64,000 bases of DNA, from assembly GCA_913058275.1 (NCBI GenBank), contig CAJXQP010000001.1, positions 4,901 to 68,900 on the forward strand, given 5' to 3'. This document shows, piece after piece, positions 28,532 through 38,701 of this stretch. Both the position numbers and the translations under genes were made by a program. Each line of letters opens with the position of its first letter. Positions within the stretch are counted from its first letter, which is position 1. The notes under the pieces are model-generated. The model was not told where the DNA came from and ran no database searches. It saw nothing but the letters and a program-made list of their open reading frames with translations. Source of the DNA: an uncultured Gammaproteobacteria bacterium (GTDB taxonomy: Bacteria > Pseudomonadota > Gammaproteobacteria > Pseudomonadales > Pseudohongiellaceae).

Positions 28532-30433
28532 CTAGATATAACGACTCAAATTTCTGTTCGCTCGCCCTAGTCGTTCAGACAAGACTTTCACGATGTAGGT
28601 ATGCAGTGCGGCTGTAGATGCAGGAAATCTTCGTAACATCTCCTCCAACTTCTCTTTATCCAATCTAAACAGGCGGGCATCGCTTTCAATGCGCACACTG
28701 GCTGTTCGATTCTCACCAGTATAGATAGCCATCTCCCCTAAGATTGCGCCGGCTTTGTACTTACGTAATATTCGCTCAACCTGCCGAGGAATCTTAAGAA
28801 CAACTACCACGGTTCCAGAGCCGACAAAATACAGACTCTCTCCTTTATCGCCCTCTCTAAATAAGTATTCGCCCGCCGTTCTGTTTTCGACGACGAAGAA
28901 GTCAGACAACAATTTGACATCTACCTCTTCATAAGCGATTCGGCCGAGAACGTCCTGCAACTCGAGAATTTGTTCTTCGTCGTTCAGCTTTAAATCTTGA
29001 GGTATGCGTCGCTCACACCAATCGACCGCCGTATCCAGTTGTTCTTTGTAATGTCTTTCCAGTCGTTGATCGTCAAGGGTAAAGAAATCATGTTTAACCA
29101 ATTGCTTGATCGATTTTTTTTCGGCGCTACTAATCACGATATGAAAACCAATTCGATCACTGAGCTGCGCTAGTTTGGAGAACGTTACGGTCGCTGATGT
29201 GTCTAGCTGGCTGACGTGATGAAAGTCCAGCACTAGGAAATCGAATTTACTACCGTCTAGCTCCATGATTCGATTGCGGATGGACGTAATCAGTTTATCT
29301 GCCGTACCGAAGAAGATGAATCCCTGAAGCACCATGATAAGTACACGATATCCCTCTTTATTCAACAACTCCCGCGTTTCGAGATCGCGATCTACATTGC
29401 TCGCGTGGTCGCCACCATTGGTTTCGACCTTAATCACGCTGAGTTTCGAGTAGTTCACTACGAACAAAATAATGGCAACGAAGAATCCGAACGTAACTCC
29501 TTGCAGGATGTCTGAGAAGATGATGACAACGAGGATAAGTATGACTACGACATAGTCAGATAGAGGTAATTCATCGCGCGCCTTCCACACCCAGTCAATA
29601 AGAAATCCCAAACCAACATAGATGAGCAATCCACCGAGAAGAAATGCCGGCACCAATTCCATAAACTCGGTGCCCGCTAGAATTGCGGCTGCTACCAAGA
29701 GAGAATTGACGATGCCCATCAGCCTGTATTTGCCGCCTAGTCTATCCACCAACGCGGTATCCGATGCGTCATGCACACCAGAAAATCCTCCCAGCATCCC
29801 ATTCACCACATTGGCATAACCCATAACTTCTAGCTCATGGTCGGGATTCAAATCTTTCTTAGCAAGAAGCTCGATACCAGAGACATCGAGCAAGAGCATC
29901 ATAGAACAGAGTAGTGCAACGACTACGATGCCACCGAGTTGTTCCCAGATAGCTATCCACTTCACTTCCTGCAGATACTCCCAATGGAAAACCGGGACCG
30001 GCGTGCCCGCGGATTCGATGATAGGTAGGAGGCCATTTTCAGCAGCCTGTTCGCGGCTGATTCCACCCATCGCCAACACCCCATAGAACAAGAGAACTCA
30101 CAACAACAAGATCCCTGGCACCGAGAGACGGTTGTCACGGAACATCTTGCCTATGATTAGACATAGCGCTAGCACGACCGCCGGCGTCACCAGTTGAATG
30201 AATTGGGGATCAGTAATAGAGCTTAGGTCGTCGTCGCGACCACTGGCTACAGTGATACCACCCTGTATGAAGATGTAGCCAATGCCAGCAAAGAATCCAC
30301 CGGTGACTGGATAGGGAATGTAGCGAACCAGATTGCCGAGCTGAGGCTACCTAAGAGCAACAGAAATAGGCCTGCAAAAGTCGTCGTAACCATGATCCCC
30401 ACTATACGGCCCTCTAAGGCAGTGTAAACTGCC
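28532..30433 (-). pseudogene. SulP-family anion transporter with STAS and cyclic-nucleotide-binding domains: 5'-truncated, one frameshift, one in-frame TGA
   Basis: The 519-aa ORF holds the distal TMs, a STAS-like region and a cNMP-binding domain (FREGDKGESLYFVGSG...GEMAIY). Upstream homology continues (..GRIVGIMVTTTFAGLFLLLLGSL / LGNLVRYIPYPVTGGFFAGIGYIFIQGG..). It is broken by a 1-nt frameshift near 30341 and by TGA at 30098-30100. The first ~100 aa of a normal SulP are missing. Confidence 0.8.
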
Positions 30434-30757
30434 TATGTTTTCGCAGACTCTGCCCTGTTTTGTCATCGAAAAGAGCGCTCGTGCGTTAGTAATGGAGTAA
30501 ATTGAACAAACTTAAAGGCCAGTTTTCGAAATGAGAGTGATTTGATCGATCTGGGACAGACTTCAAGGAAAGTGAGACTCAAAGAGATAAACTAGAACAG
30601 TCGCCTGTCTTTGATAGTATCTCTACATTATAATTCTTGAATTCGGAATTCTTGGTCTCGGCATAGCTACCGGCGACCGGCCCTCACAAGGAATGTTGAA
30701 TATGGCACTTTCACCCCATCCTGTTTTTCTAGCCCAGCTTCGACCAGAGGGAATCTC

Positions 30758-31408
30758 ATGAACACATTTCTCTATACGCACGCGAAACACTTCGCTACCG
30801 TTCTTACTTGCTCCCTATGTCTGTTCGCTTTTTCTTCTGCGTCTGCGACCACAATCCTAGGAATGAATATCGACAAGGTCGCAGCAGATGCGGAGTTCGT
30901 TTTCGAAGGCTCCGTGATAAATAGCGAGACTCGCCAGGATAGCAACAGCGGCATCATCAGCACCTATGTCACCTTCCTAATTAACGACATCATTAAGGGC
31001 GACTATTCCGGTGAATCGGTAGAACTCAAATTCATGGGCGGCGCATTCAATGGTCAAATCGTGCAAGTCAGCGGCATGCGTATTCCAGAAATGGCTGAAC
31101 AGGGAATCTATTTCGTCGAGTCCATGTCGCGTGATCTAATCAATCCCCTCATCGGTTGGTCACAAGGCCATTTCATCATCGTAGATGACAACGGTACGCG
31201 CAGGATCAGTACCGCTGACAATCAGCCCGTGCTAGATGTGGAGGCAGTATCGTCTATACCTAGCAGCATCAAGAAGCCATTATCGATTGCGGAGGGCAAC
31301 ACCGATATCGCAGCCGGCGTCATGACCCAAACCAGTTCGATCATGGCCGAGCGCGCACTGACTGTTGAGGAATTCAAGTCGCGTATTACCGATCTGTTAG
31401 CAAACTAG
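30758..31408 (+). CDS. Exported protein of unknown function, 10 bp upstream of the metalloprotease gene
   Basis: Signal peptide (..CSLCLFAFSSASA). I recognise no family. Confidence 0.5.
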   Translation: MNTFLYTHAKHFATVLTCSLCLFAFSSASATTILGMNIDKVAADAEFVFEGSVINSETRQDSNSGIISTYVTFLINDIIKGDYSGESVELKFMGGAFNGQIVQVSGMRIPEMAEQGIYFVESMSRDLINPLIGWSQGHFIIVDDNGTRRISTADNQPVLDVEAVSSIPSSIKKPLSIAEGNTDIAAGVMTQTSSIMAERALTVEEFKSRITDLLAN

Positions 31409-31418
31409 GGAATCACTG

Positions 31419-32834
31419 TTGAGAATCTCCGCCCTACTGCTAATCACTCTGCTGAGCATCAATTCTAGTCACGCGTTCGAGGTTTCAGAGAATTTCTGGG
31501 AAAATGGACAGGCCGTCTTTCATGTCGGTATTAGCGGAAGCTCTCCAACCGGTGGAACATGGAACGATGCCTTCAAGCGATCGATGTCTGCCTGGAGCGA
31601 TGTTAGCTCCTTTGAATTTGTGGCAGTTGATGACTACCTAGACCCCTGCATAGATCGTGGGGAAGGGCTATTTGGCGACGGCTCGACTGGTATCGATTTT
31701 AGCGCGTCTGTTTGTGGCAGTGAATTTGGCGCAAACATATTGGCAGTTACACTCAGCGCCGGTATCTGCCAAAACCTGCAATGTACCGGCGGCTTTCTCA
31801 TCACTGATGGCGATATCCTGTTCAATAGCTCTGAGGCTTGGGATGTTTATAGCGGATCGTTGCGCTTCGATGGAGATAGCGAATTTGAACGCGTAGCTCT
31901 GCATGAACTAGGCCATGCATTAGGGCTCAACCACTCGAGCGCAAATTCCGCAATCATGCGCGCATTCGTATCCGACACAGACTCATTACAAAGTGACGAC
32001 ATCGCGGGCATTGCTTCTATCTACGGCGAAAACGAGATGGCGCAGGAGATTACTCTTGCGAACATCTACGGCGTTACTCTCGTGGCTCCCGACAACGCGA
32101 CAATATCAGGATCTAACTCCAGCAATAATCTCAGTGGCACACTAAGCAGCAGCGACAATCAACTAGATGGCAAGTCACTCGATCTGTATCAATACACCTT
32201 CGAAAATGACTCTTTGATAGATATCCAACTTGATTCACAATCATTCGACCCGTTCCTCTATCTTGTTAGAGTCTCTGCAACGCAGTCGGCACTGCCCAGC
32301 TTCACTTTCACCGATGACAACTCTGGGTCAGGTAACAACGCGAGAATCAATCGTAGCATCCAGGCGGGAACTTACTGGCTCGGAGTAAGCAGCGCGAGCA
32401 ACGCCGCTCAAGGCAGTTACGACGTATCCATCATATCGAACACGAGCAATCCATCTACTTCTTTCGAAACATTCACTTCAGTATATGGTGTGGACGTGCT
32501 GATAAATCCTAACCCAGATATTAGTGGCAGCCTTGGATCGACTGATTTCATATTTAACAATAGGTTTTTAGATCTTGTGCAGATTGAGGTGACGGCAGCG
32601 TCTACCGTGAGAATAGACCTTAATTCTTCGGCTTTCGATGCAAGCCTGTTGCTTGTTGATATCGTAAGTAATGAGGTAGGCAACTTAGCACTACAGAATG
32701 ATAACAACGGCAGTGGCACGAATTCTCGACTCGAGACCACACTTTCGCCAGGCACTTATTGGCTAGGCGTAACCAGCTTCAGTTCCGGTGAATCTGGCAG
32801 CTACGACATCGCGATCACACTCGTTCTTCCCTAG
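31419..32834 (+). CDS. Secreted matrixin-like (M10 metzincin) zinc protease with two C-terminal pre-peptidase (PPC)-like domains
   Basis: HELGHALGLNHS zinc motif followed by an AIM Met-turn. It has a signal peptide but no cysteine-switch propeptide. Two ~125-aa repeats end in GTYWLGVSSASNAAQGSYDVSI and GTYWLGVTSFSSGESGSYDIAI. TTG start. Confidence 0.8.
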   Translation: MRISALLLITLLSINSSHAFEVSENFWENGQAVFHVGISGSSPTGGTWNDAFKRSMSAWSDVSSFEFVAVDDYLDPCIDRGEGLFGDGSTGIDFSASVCGSEFGANILAVTLSAGICQNLQCTGGFLITDGDILFNSSEAWDVYSGSLRFDGDSEFERVALHELGHALGLNHSSANSAIMRAFVSDTDSLQSDDIAGIASIYGENEMAQEITLANIYGVTLVAPDNATISGSNSSNNLSGTLSSSDNQLDGKSLDLYQYTFENDSLIDIQLDSQSFDPFLYLVRVSATQSALPSFTFTDDNSGSGNNARINRSIQAGTYWLGVSSASNAAQGSYDVSIISNTSNPSTSFETFTSVYGVDVLINPNPDISGSLGSTDFIFNNRFLDLVQIEVTAASTVRIDLNSSAFDASLLLVDIVSNEVGNLALQNDNNGSGTNSRLETTLSPGTYWLGVTSFSSGESGSYDIAITLVLP

Positions 32835-32875
32835 CCACCTTCCTATTTACTTTCCTAGCTACTTCTCTAGATTGC

Positions 32876-34282
32876 TCAATCCACCGCCATGCGCACCATG
32901 GCGACGCGCTTAGGCACCTGTCCCACGGGGATCTGCGCGATGGCTTCCATTTTAATAGCATCTACAGCGTAGGTAACATTGTCACCCGCAGCACCGATAT
33001 ACGCCCGTTTGCCATCAGGCGTAAACGTGATCCACTCTGGGTGCTGACCTACGAAAACACGGCCAATCTCTTCCAGATCAGGAAGAGAATGGATATAGAC
33101 GTGACTATAAACCTTGCTTGTCGACCAGAGCATCGTGCCGTCTGGGGATACTGCCAAACCATGTGCAGGCGCACCCTGTAAACCATCCAGATGAGCCTCC
33201 TCACCCGGCACTGCGGGATGCTCTACGCGCGCAACCTCCTTCCTACTCGCGAAATCGACGACCGCGAAGCCGTGAAAACCAGAGAGCTGCACAAATATAT
33301 TCTTGGTTGAGCCGTCGGCGTTCGTATCGAACGTCATGGGCCGGATTCCAGAGCTCATCTCTAGCTCCCAAACCAATTCATCCGTGCTGGTATCGATGAC
33401 GTTGATGGTACGAGTTTGAATCGAACCAGCTACAGCGTAACGGCTATCTGGCGTCACATAGACGTTGTGAATGGCACCATTCACTGGCAATGTCTTCACG
33501 TTTGTCATGCTGGCCACATCGATAATATCCACTGACCCCGGCATCTCCATGATTGCCACGTAGACTTTACTGCCGTCGCTGGTTACACCCAAATTGTTCG
33601 GCCTACCGCTAAGCGGTATCCGTCTCTTAACGCGCAGAGTTCTAGCATCAACTATATCCAGAGAGTGCATAACTTCATTCGTGATATAGATCTGCGAGCC
33701 ATCGGGTGCACCGACCACACCGTGGGGAATTTCTATATCAGATATATGACCAACCACTTGGTTCGTCTCTGGGTCGATAATCGTTGAATCATCTCCTGCC
33801 GCATTCGTTTGAATAATCCGAATTGCTACACTGGAGGGCTCTCGCCTTGTTTTAGCTCCAGCTACCCAGTCGGCCATGATGCGCCACTCAGGGTCGAACT
33901 GGCTATCAAAGTGTTTGCCACCGCCATGAAAGGGGTCGCCACCTGCATCATAGGCCAGGGGGTGTGTTAGGAACCGGCTTCGCAGCGGATCTTCGCCGGC
34001 TAGGCTAAAACTGCTGGCCGAATCAAAATTCATTCGCGACTGCTCGTCGGTCCAAAATAGCTGGTGGTCTTCTAGAGGCTGTATTCTAAAACCACTACTG
34101 CGCGTATGACACTGAATGCAGCGAACGTTGCCTTCACGCTTGGAGAGGAAGATCGGTTGCACTTCGTTCTTAAAGTAGTCGAAATCCAGCTGCACATCCT
34201 GTGCGAAGAGAATGTTGGAGCAGAACAATGTGAATAGGCTGAAGAGCTGAACACTCGTTCTCAATCTGGTGTTGGGATTCAT
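32876..34282 (-). CDS. Exported protein: N-terminal CxxCH (c-type haem) module fused to a YVTN-type beta-propeller
   Basis: Signal peptide, then FKNEVQPIFLSKREGNVRCIQCH (a planctomycete-type cytochrome-c-like motif), then about seven propeller repeats (..SPDG/TPDG/TSDGSKVYV..). Confidence 0.6.
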   Translation of the reverse strand: MNPNTRLRTSVQLFSLFTLFCSNILFAQDVQLDFDYFKNEVQPIFLSKREGNVRCIQCHTRSSGFRIQPLEDHQLFWTDEQSRMNFDSASSFSLAGEDPLRSRFLTHPLAYDAGGDPFHGGGKHFDSQFDPEWRIMADWVAGAKTRREPSSVAIRIIQTNAAGDDSTIIDPETNQVVGHISDIEIPHGVVGAPDGSQIYITNEVMHSLDIVDARTLRVKRRIPLSGRPNNLGVTSDGSKVYVAIMEMPGSVDIIDVASMTNVKTLPVNGAIHNVYVTPDSRYAVAGSIQTRTINVIDTSTDELVWELEMSSGIRPMTFDTNADGSTKNIFVQLSGFHGFAVVDFASRKEVARVEHPAVPGEEAHLDGLQGAPAHGLAVSPDGTMLWSTSKVYSHVYIHSLPDLEEIGRVFVGQHPEWITFTPDGKRAYIGAAGDNVTYAVDAIKMEAIAQIPVGQVPKRVAMVRMAVD

Positions 34283-34330
34283 AGCGTGGCCTCGATGTTT
34301 TTAGTATAGAACAATAACACTTATTTCTAG

Positions 34331-36205
34331 CTACTCTAGCAGTTGCACCGCTCCTGCGCTAGGCAACGAGACGCCAAAAACCTTCAGGTAGAGACGCCTT
34401 TCTTCGACAGCCATTCGAAACTCGGAAGACATATAGTGACTACCGGTGGCCGCTTCTGCATCCGGGGGCAGCAAGTTGAGGACAATCGGTTCATTGAGCT
34501 CGCCGTCGCCATTCGAATCAACTACCAGCGTAACCGCTGTAATTGCTTGCCCTTGTGCTTGCTCTCCCGCCAGCCCTTTACTGACGTGGTATTCAAATAG
34601 ATTCGTAACCCTGCTGTATTCGAAGCGCGCCTCAACACGCAGCGACCCTCGACTGAAGACAAGCTCAAAGCTCTGCGAAGCCGGCGCGAGCCCTGACTCT
34701 AGAGCGGGTGTTGTTGAGGGAGCACGCCTACTACTCATTGCCGCTTCATAGGTCTGCGCGATAGCCAACAATTCAGCATCTTGCAAGAACCCGCCCAAGA
34801 GTTCCAAACCCACCGGCAAGCCATTGCTAGTAAACCCTGCAGGCATCGAGAGGGCTGGCAAACCAGAGTTCGCACTAAGGCTGCAATTGCTACCCGGCTG
34901 CGAGTCGCCTGTGAACACCTGTGTGCGCTTGATCGTTGGGTAGGCGATCGCATTCAGGCCCTGCTCACTCATCACCGCCTCTATAGCAGCACGCAGCTGG
35001 GATCTAACCGCTATCGCCATTCGATAGGCTGGCTCGTCGAGTTCCGATGCGTTCGATCGGCTAAGCACACCATCGACTGCCTCATGATAGAGACCCTTGC
35101 TGACAATGAAATTCAGATTCAGGCCGTCGTCCAGGGAAAACGTGTCCAGATAGTTATTTATATCCGGCTTAAACTCGTGCCCGATTAATCCCGAGCGTCG
35201 AATTAGATCCTCCACGTCGGGTATCTCAATATCGACAATCTCGGCACCCTGTAGCTCGTACCAATCGAGAACGTCTTCTATTGCTGTGTTCACTGCGCCA
35301 TCAGAACCCTCGAAATACTCTTGTAGTTTACCTATGCGCAGATCCGCCAGATTCGCAGAATGCAGTCTATCCATAAATGCCGGGACAGCCGCTGTTCTCA
35401 TTATCTGTGTAGCCTCGTCTCGGGAATCATAGCCGGAAACAATATCGAGAATAATAGCGAGGTCTTGCGCACTGCGCGCTAACGGGCCTGCTACATCCTG
35501 AGTATGAGAAAGCGGAAGAATGCCGTAGATGCTAGAAAGCCCCTTGCTGGGCCGCAGTCCAAATAGATTATTAAATGCGGACGGTATGCGAATCGAACCA
35601 CAGGTATCCGAGCCGAATCCAGCCGCGGCAAAACTAGCCGCTACGGCAGCACCGGTGCCACCGCTCGAGCCGCCGGGAACGCGCCTGGGATCATAAGGAT
35701 TACGTGTCTGCCCTACTAAGGAACCGATACTCGTGATGCCATAGGCATACTCATGCAAGTTCGTCTTCGCCAGAATGATGGCTCCTGCGAGCAGCAGTTT
35801 ATCCACCTGCGCCGCATTCTCGCTGGGAATGAAATTCGCTAACGCCACAGAGCCTCCAGTTGTCGGCATATGATCCGTGTTGTAGTTGTCCTTAACTACG
35901 ATGGGCACGCCATGCAGAGGGCCACGCGAACCCGTTCTCTCTCGCTCCGTATCGAGTGCTTGCGCTTGAGCCAGCGCCTGCGGATTTACGCGTACTATAC
36001 TATTGAGTTTTGGTCCTTGCTTATCATAGGCCTGTATCCGATCTAGGTACTGCTGAACTAATTGCATCGAACTCACTTGGCCTCCATCCAGGGCGTCCCG
36101 AATCTCGGTAATACTCGCCTCGAATACGTCGAACTGCGGCTGCGCCACAACCGTAAGGGGAGCCAGCAAGCACAGTGAAAACAGGAAAGTACGAGAACGA
36201 GTCAT
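34331..36205 (-). CDS. Exported amidase-signature enzyme with an extra ~130-aa C-terminal domain
   Basis: GGSSGG and GSDTCGSIRIPS amidase-signature motifs. Signal peptide after ATG 36205 (MTRSRTFLFSLCLLAPLTVVAQ). Confidence 0.8.
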   Translation of the reverse strand: MTRSRTFLFSLCLLAPLTVVAQPQFDVFEASITEIRDALDGGQVSSMQLVQQYLDRIQAYDKQGPKLNSIVRVNPQALAQAQALDTERERTGSRGPLHGVPIVVKDNYNTDHMPTTGGSVALANFIPSENAAQVDKLLLAGAIILAKTNLHEYAYGITSIGSLVGQTRNPYDPRRVPGGSSGGTGAAVAASFAAAGFGSDTCGSIRIPSAFNNLFGLRPSKGLSSIYGILPLSHTQDVAGPLARSAQDLAIILDIVSGYDSRDEATQIMRTAAVPAFMDRLHSANLADLRIGKLQEYFEGSDGAVNTAIEDVLDWYELQGAEIVDIEIPDVEDLIRRSGLIGHEFKPDINNYLDTFSLDDGLNLNFIVSKGLYHEAVDGVLSRSNASELDEPAYRMAIAVRSQLRAAIEAVMSEQGLNAIAYPTIKRTQVFTGDSQPGSNCSLSANSGLPALSMPAGFTSNGLPVGLELLGGFLQDAELLAIAQTYEAAMSSRRAPSTTPALESGLAPASQSFELVFSRGSLRVEARFEYSRVTNLFEYHVSKGLAGEQAQGQAITAVTLVVDSNGDGELNEPIVLNLLPPDAEAATGSHYMSSEFRMAVEERRLYLKVFGVSLPSAGAVQLLE

Positions 36206-36678
36206 GATGCGCACCGATAGTAGGATAAGAAAGAACAAGTGAAGAAAGTGTATGTGAATGAAGAGTAGATAACCACAGCCTGTCTTTTACACAACCTTTA
36301 TGCTCCGAGAGATGACTACCCTAGTTCGCGACGATCTTTAACCGTGATTGCAACATGAGAGCAGCCATGTTGTTGCCAAGAGTAAGCGTTAGACTTTAAA
36401 TCTGGCTCCAGCGCCTAAGAAGATTCGTCTGAGATCGCTGGTCGTAGCCGCCCCATCGGCAAATTGCCCAACCACCATGAGTGCGTCCACAACCTTGAGG
36501 TTTTGATCATTTAGCAATTTTGGGGACACGCAGAGACATAACTCTCCCCCAGTTCGGAAGCAACTATCTAGCCCCTGTGTGGGCCGCTACAGGCTCACCC
36601 CTCTCAGCTTTTTTAGCACTTTCGCCGACTGGCGGGTGAGTGTCAATAGTGCTCGTTCTTATGGGCGGGCAACAAAAA

Positions 36679-36710
36679 GGCCGCTGTGATGACTTAGCAT
36701 CATAGCGGCC
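36679..36710 (-). terminator. Rho-independent terminator after the ridA-like gene
   Basis: 13-bp stem GGCCGCTGTGATG/CATCATAGCGGCC with one mismatch and a 6-nt loop. On the minus strand it is followed by TTTTTGTTG. Confidence 0.6.
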
Positions 36711-36752
36711 TTTCAATATTCCTATGTATTCTTTCGCCTTAGCGAAAAACTT

Positions 36753-37241
36753 TTAGTCAGGCATTCGCGCAGCACGAATCTCGATCTCAATTAGCCAACC
36801 GGGGACAACCAAGCCAGCAATCTCTACGAAAGAACGAACTGGCTTCATTGCATTTTTCTCGCTACCAAAGAACTGCTGATAACCAGCATTAAAACCGGCG
36901 AAGTCCAATTCTCCATCGTCACCGGATACGGCGAATGCGCGTACCTGTACGATGTCTTCTAAAGACCAGCCCTGCGCCTCTAGCGTTTCTTGGAATCGGC
37001 CAAATGTGTCGATTGTCTGCTGCTCCATATCACCCCACGTGCCGTCAGCTTGTTGCTGCGCACCGGAACCGCTGAGGTATAAGGTCTCGGCACCAGCTGG
37101 AATCATAATATTATTGAAGAAGTTTCTTCCCTCGCCAGTACGTACAATTTCTGCGGCGCTTGAAACGGCAGCAATGCCCAGGACAACGGCAAGTGATGCT
37201 GCTATGGAAATCGCAGTGAGTGGCTTCTTAAATTTAATCAT
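36753..37241 (-). CDS. Exported RidA/YjgF-family protein
   Basis: Sec signal peptide (MIKFKKPLTAISIAASLAVVLGIAAVSSAAE) and a C-terminal RidA core with the conserved Arg (..PVRSFVEIAGL..GWLIEIEI). Confidence 0.75.
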   Translation of the reverse strand: MIKFKKPLTAISIAASLAVVLGIAAVSSAAEIVRTGEGRNFFNNIMIPAGAETLYLSGSGAQQQADGTWGDMEQQTIDTFGRFQETLEAQGWSLEDIVQVRAFAVSGDDGELDFAGFNAGYQQFFGSEKNAMKPVRSFVEIAGLVVPGWLIEIEIRAARMPD

Positions 37242-37281
37242 TATTTTTTGTTCCTCTATTCTTAATAAAACTAAAGCGTAC

Positions 37282-38670
37282 TTATGATTTTTGTAATTCT
37301 ACCTCAGGCCTAGTCGCCTCTCTGGCAGCGTCCTTATCACCTAGTATGCGGGTAGTGATCATTCCTGTTGTTATCGCTCCATTCACATTCAATGCAGTAC
37401 GCGCCATATCTATCAAAGGCTCGATAGAAATTAACAGTGCGGCAATCACTACTGGAAATCCCATTGCGGGTAAGACTACCAATGCCGCATTAGTCGCACC
37501 ACCGCCGACGCCTGCGATACCGAATGAACCTATCGCGATAATTACTAGCAGACTAACTATGAAATTGAGATCAATGTCTACACCCATCGTAGGCGCGACC
37601 ATCACCGCGAGCATCGCTGGGTAGATTCCCGCGCAGCCATTCTGCCCTATAGTCGAACCGAACGAAGCGGCGATGTTAGCAATCGGTGCGGGCACATTGA
37701 GTTCTTCTATCTGTGCACGAATTGTCAGAGGAATAGTTGCAGCAGAACTGCGCGTGACGAATGCAAACGTGAGAACCGGCCACACTTTTTGGAAATAAGT
37801 TTTAATGTTCGCGCCCAAGCCAATAATGATCACAGCGTGTACCGTGAACATTAGGGCGATAGCTACATAAGATGCGATCACAAAGCTGATCAAGTTCATG
37901 ATGGCTTGGCCATCGGATGTCGCTATCACGCGAGTCATCAGCGCCAAAACACCGTAAGGCGTCAGCGCCATAACAAGCTTAACGAGGCGCATAATTATCG
38001 CCTGTAATGTGTCAACTGCGCTACGGATTCGCGAGCCTTGCTCGGCATTGTCTTCGGCAACCAACAATGCAGCGACACCAAAAATCAAACCGAAGACCAC
38101 AACACCAATGATAGACATGCTGCGCTGACCAGCAAGGTCGGAGAAGATGTTGGTGGGTACGAAACTAACGAGGAGCTCGGCAAGACTCAGATCGGCAACA
38201 CTACCCTGTCTTGCTTGCAATACTTCTGCACGTGCCATCTCTGCGGCACCGCCGGCCAGATCGCCCGCATTCAATTGAAATAATGTGGCCATCAAGATGC
38301 CGATTAGCGCAGCGATAACCGTAGTGACGATCAACGTTCCGACTACTGTGCCACCAATCTTGCCCAGCGACTTGATCTCATCCACCTTTAGTACGGCAGC
38401 AATCATAGTAATCAGAATAAGCGGCATAATCATCATGCGCAGCAAGCCGACGTAGCCGTTCGCGATTACATTTGTCCACTCGAGTGTGGCATCCATGACC
38501 ACAGGATTCCCAGCGAACGCAAACTGCAGATACAGTCCGAACACAGTGCCGCCAACGAGGCCCATGAACACACGTCGGGAAAGCGTAAACGCCTCATTCT
38601 TAGCGAACTGGTAAAGCAGGCTCACTAAGGCCGTGAAGAGGATCAGGTTTACTATCGCGATAATGGGCAT
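37282..38670 (-). CDS. Dicarboxylate/amino-acid:cation symporter (DAACS family)
   Basis: 462-aa polytopic protein with family motifs (..TRSSAATIP.., ..GVGGGATNAALVVL..). Confidence 0.8.
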   Translation of the reverse strand: MPIIAIVNLILFTALVSLLYQFAKNEAFTLSRRVFMGLVGGTVFGLYLQFAFAGNPVVMDATLEWTNVIANGYVGLLRMMIMPLILITMIAAVLKVDEIKSLGKIGGTVVGTLIVTTVIAALIGILMATLFQLNAGDLAGGAAEMARAEVLQARQGSVADLSLAELLVSFVPTNIFSDLAGQRSMSIIGVVVFGLIFGVAALLVAEDNAEQGSRIRSAVDTLQAIIMRLVKLVMALTPYGVLALMTRVIATSDGQAIMNLISFVIASYVAIALMFTVHAVIIIGLGANIKTYFQKVWPVLTFAFVTRSSAATIPLTIRAQIEELNVPAPIANIAASFGSTIGQNGCAGIYPAMLAVMVAPTMGVDIDLNFIVSLLVIIAIGSFGIAGVGGGATNAALVVLPAMGFPVVIAALLISIEPLIDMARTALNVNGAITTGMITTRILGDKDAAREATRPEVELQKS

Positions 38671-38701
38671 ATGTCAGCTCCTTTGGATGGCAGCGCCTAG
38701 T

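Noticed and set aside
30632-30655. A mini direct repeat AATTCTTG-AATTCGG-AATTCTTGG upstream of gene 30758.
   Set aside because: It is very short and AT-rich and could occur by chance. No associated regulator or symmetry supports a binding site.
36390-36530. A short protein-like frame (about 45 codons) in the long intergenic region upstream of the amidase.
   Set aside because: It is too short, has no recognisable family and has no proper start. I kept it only as a note within the intergenic-region finding.
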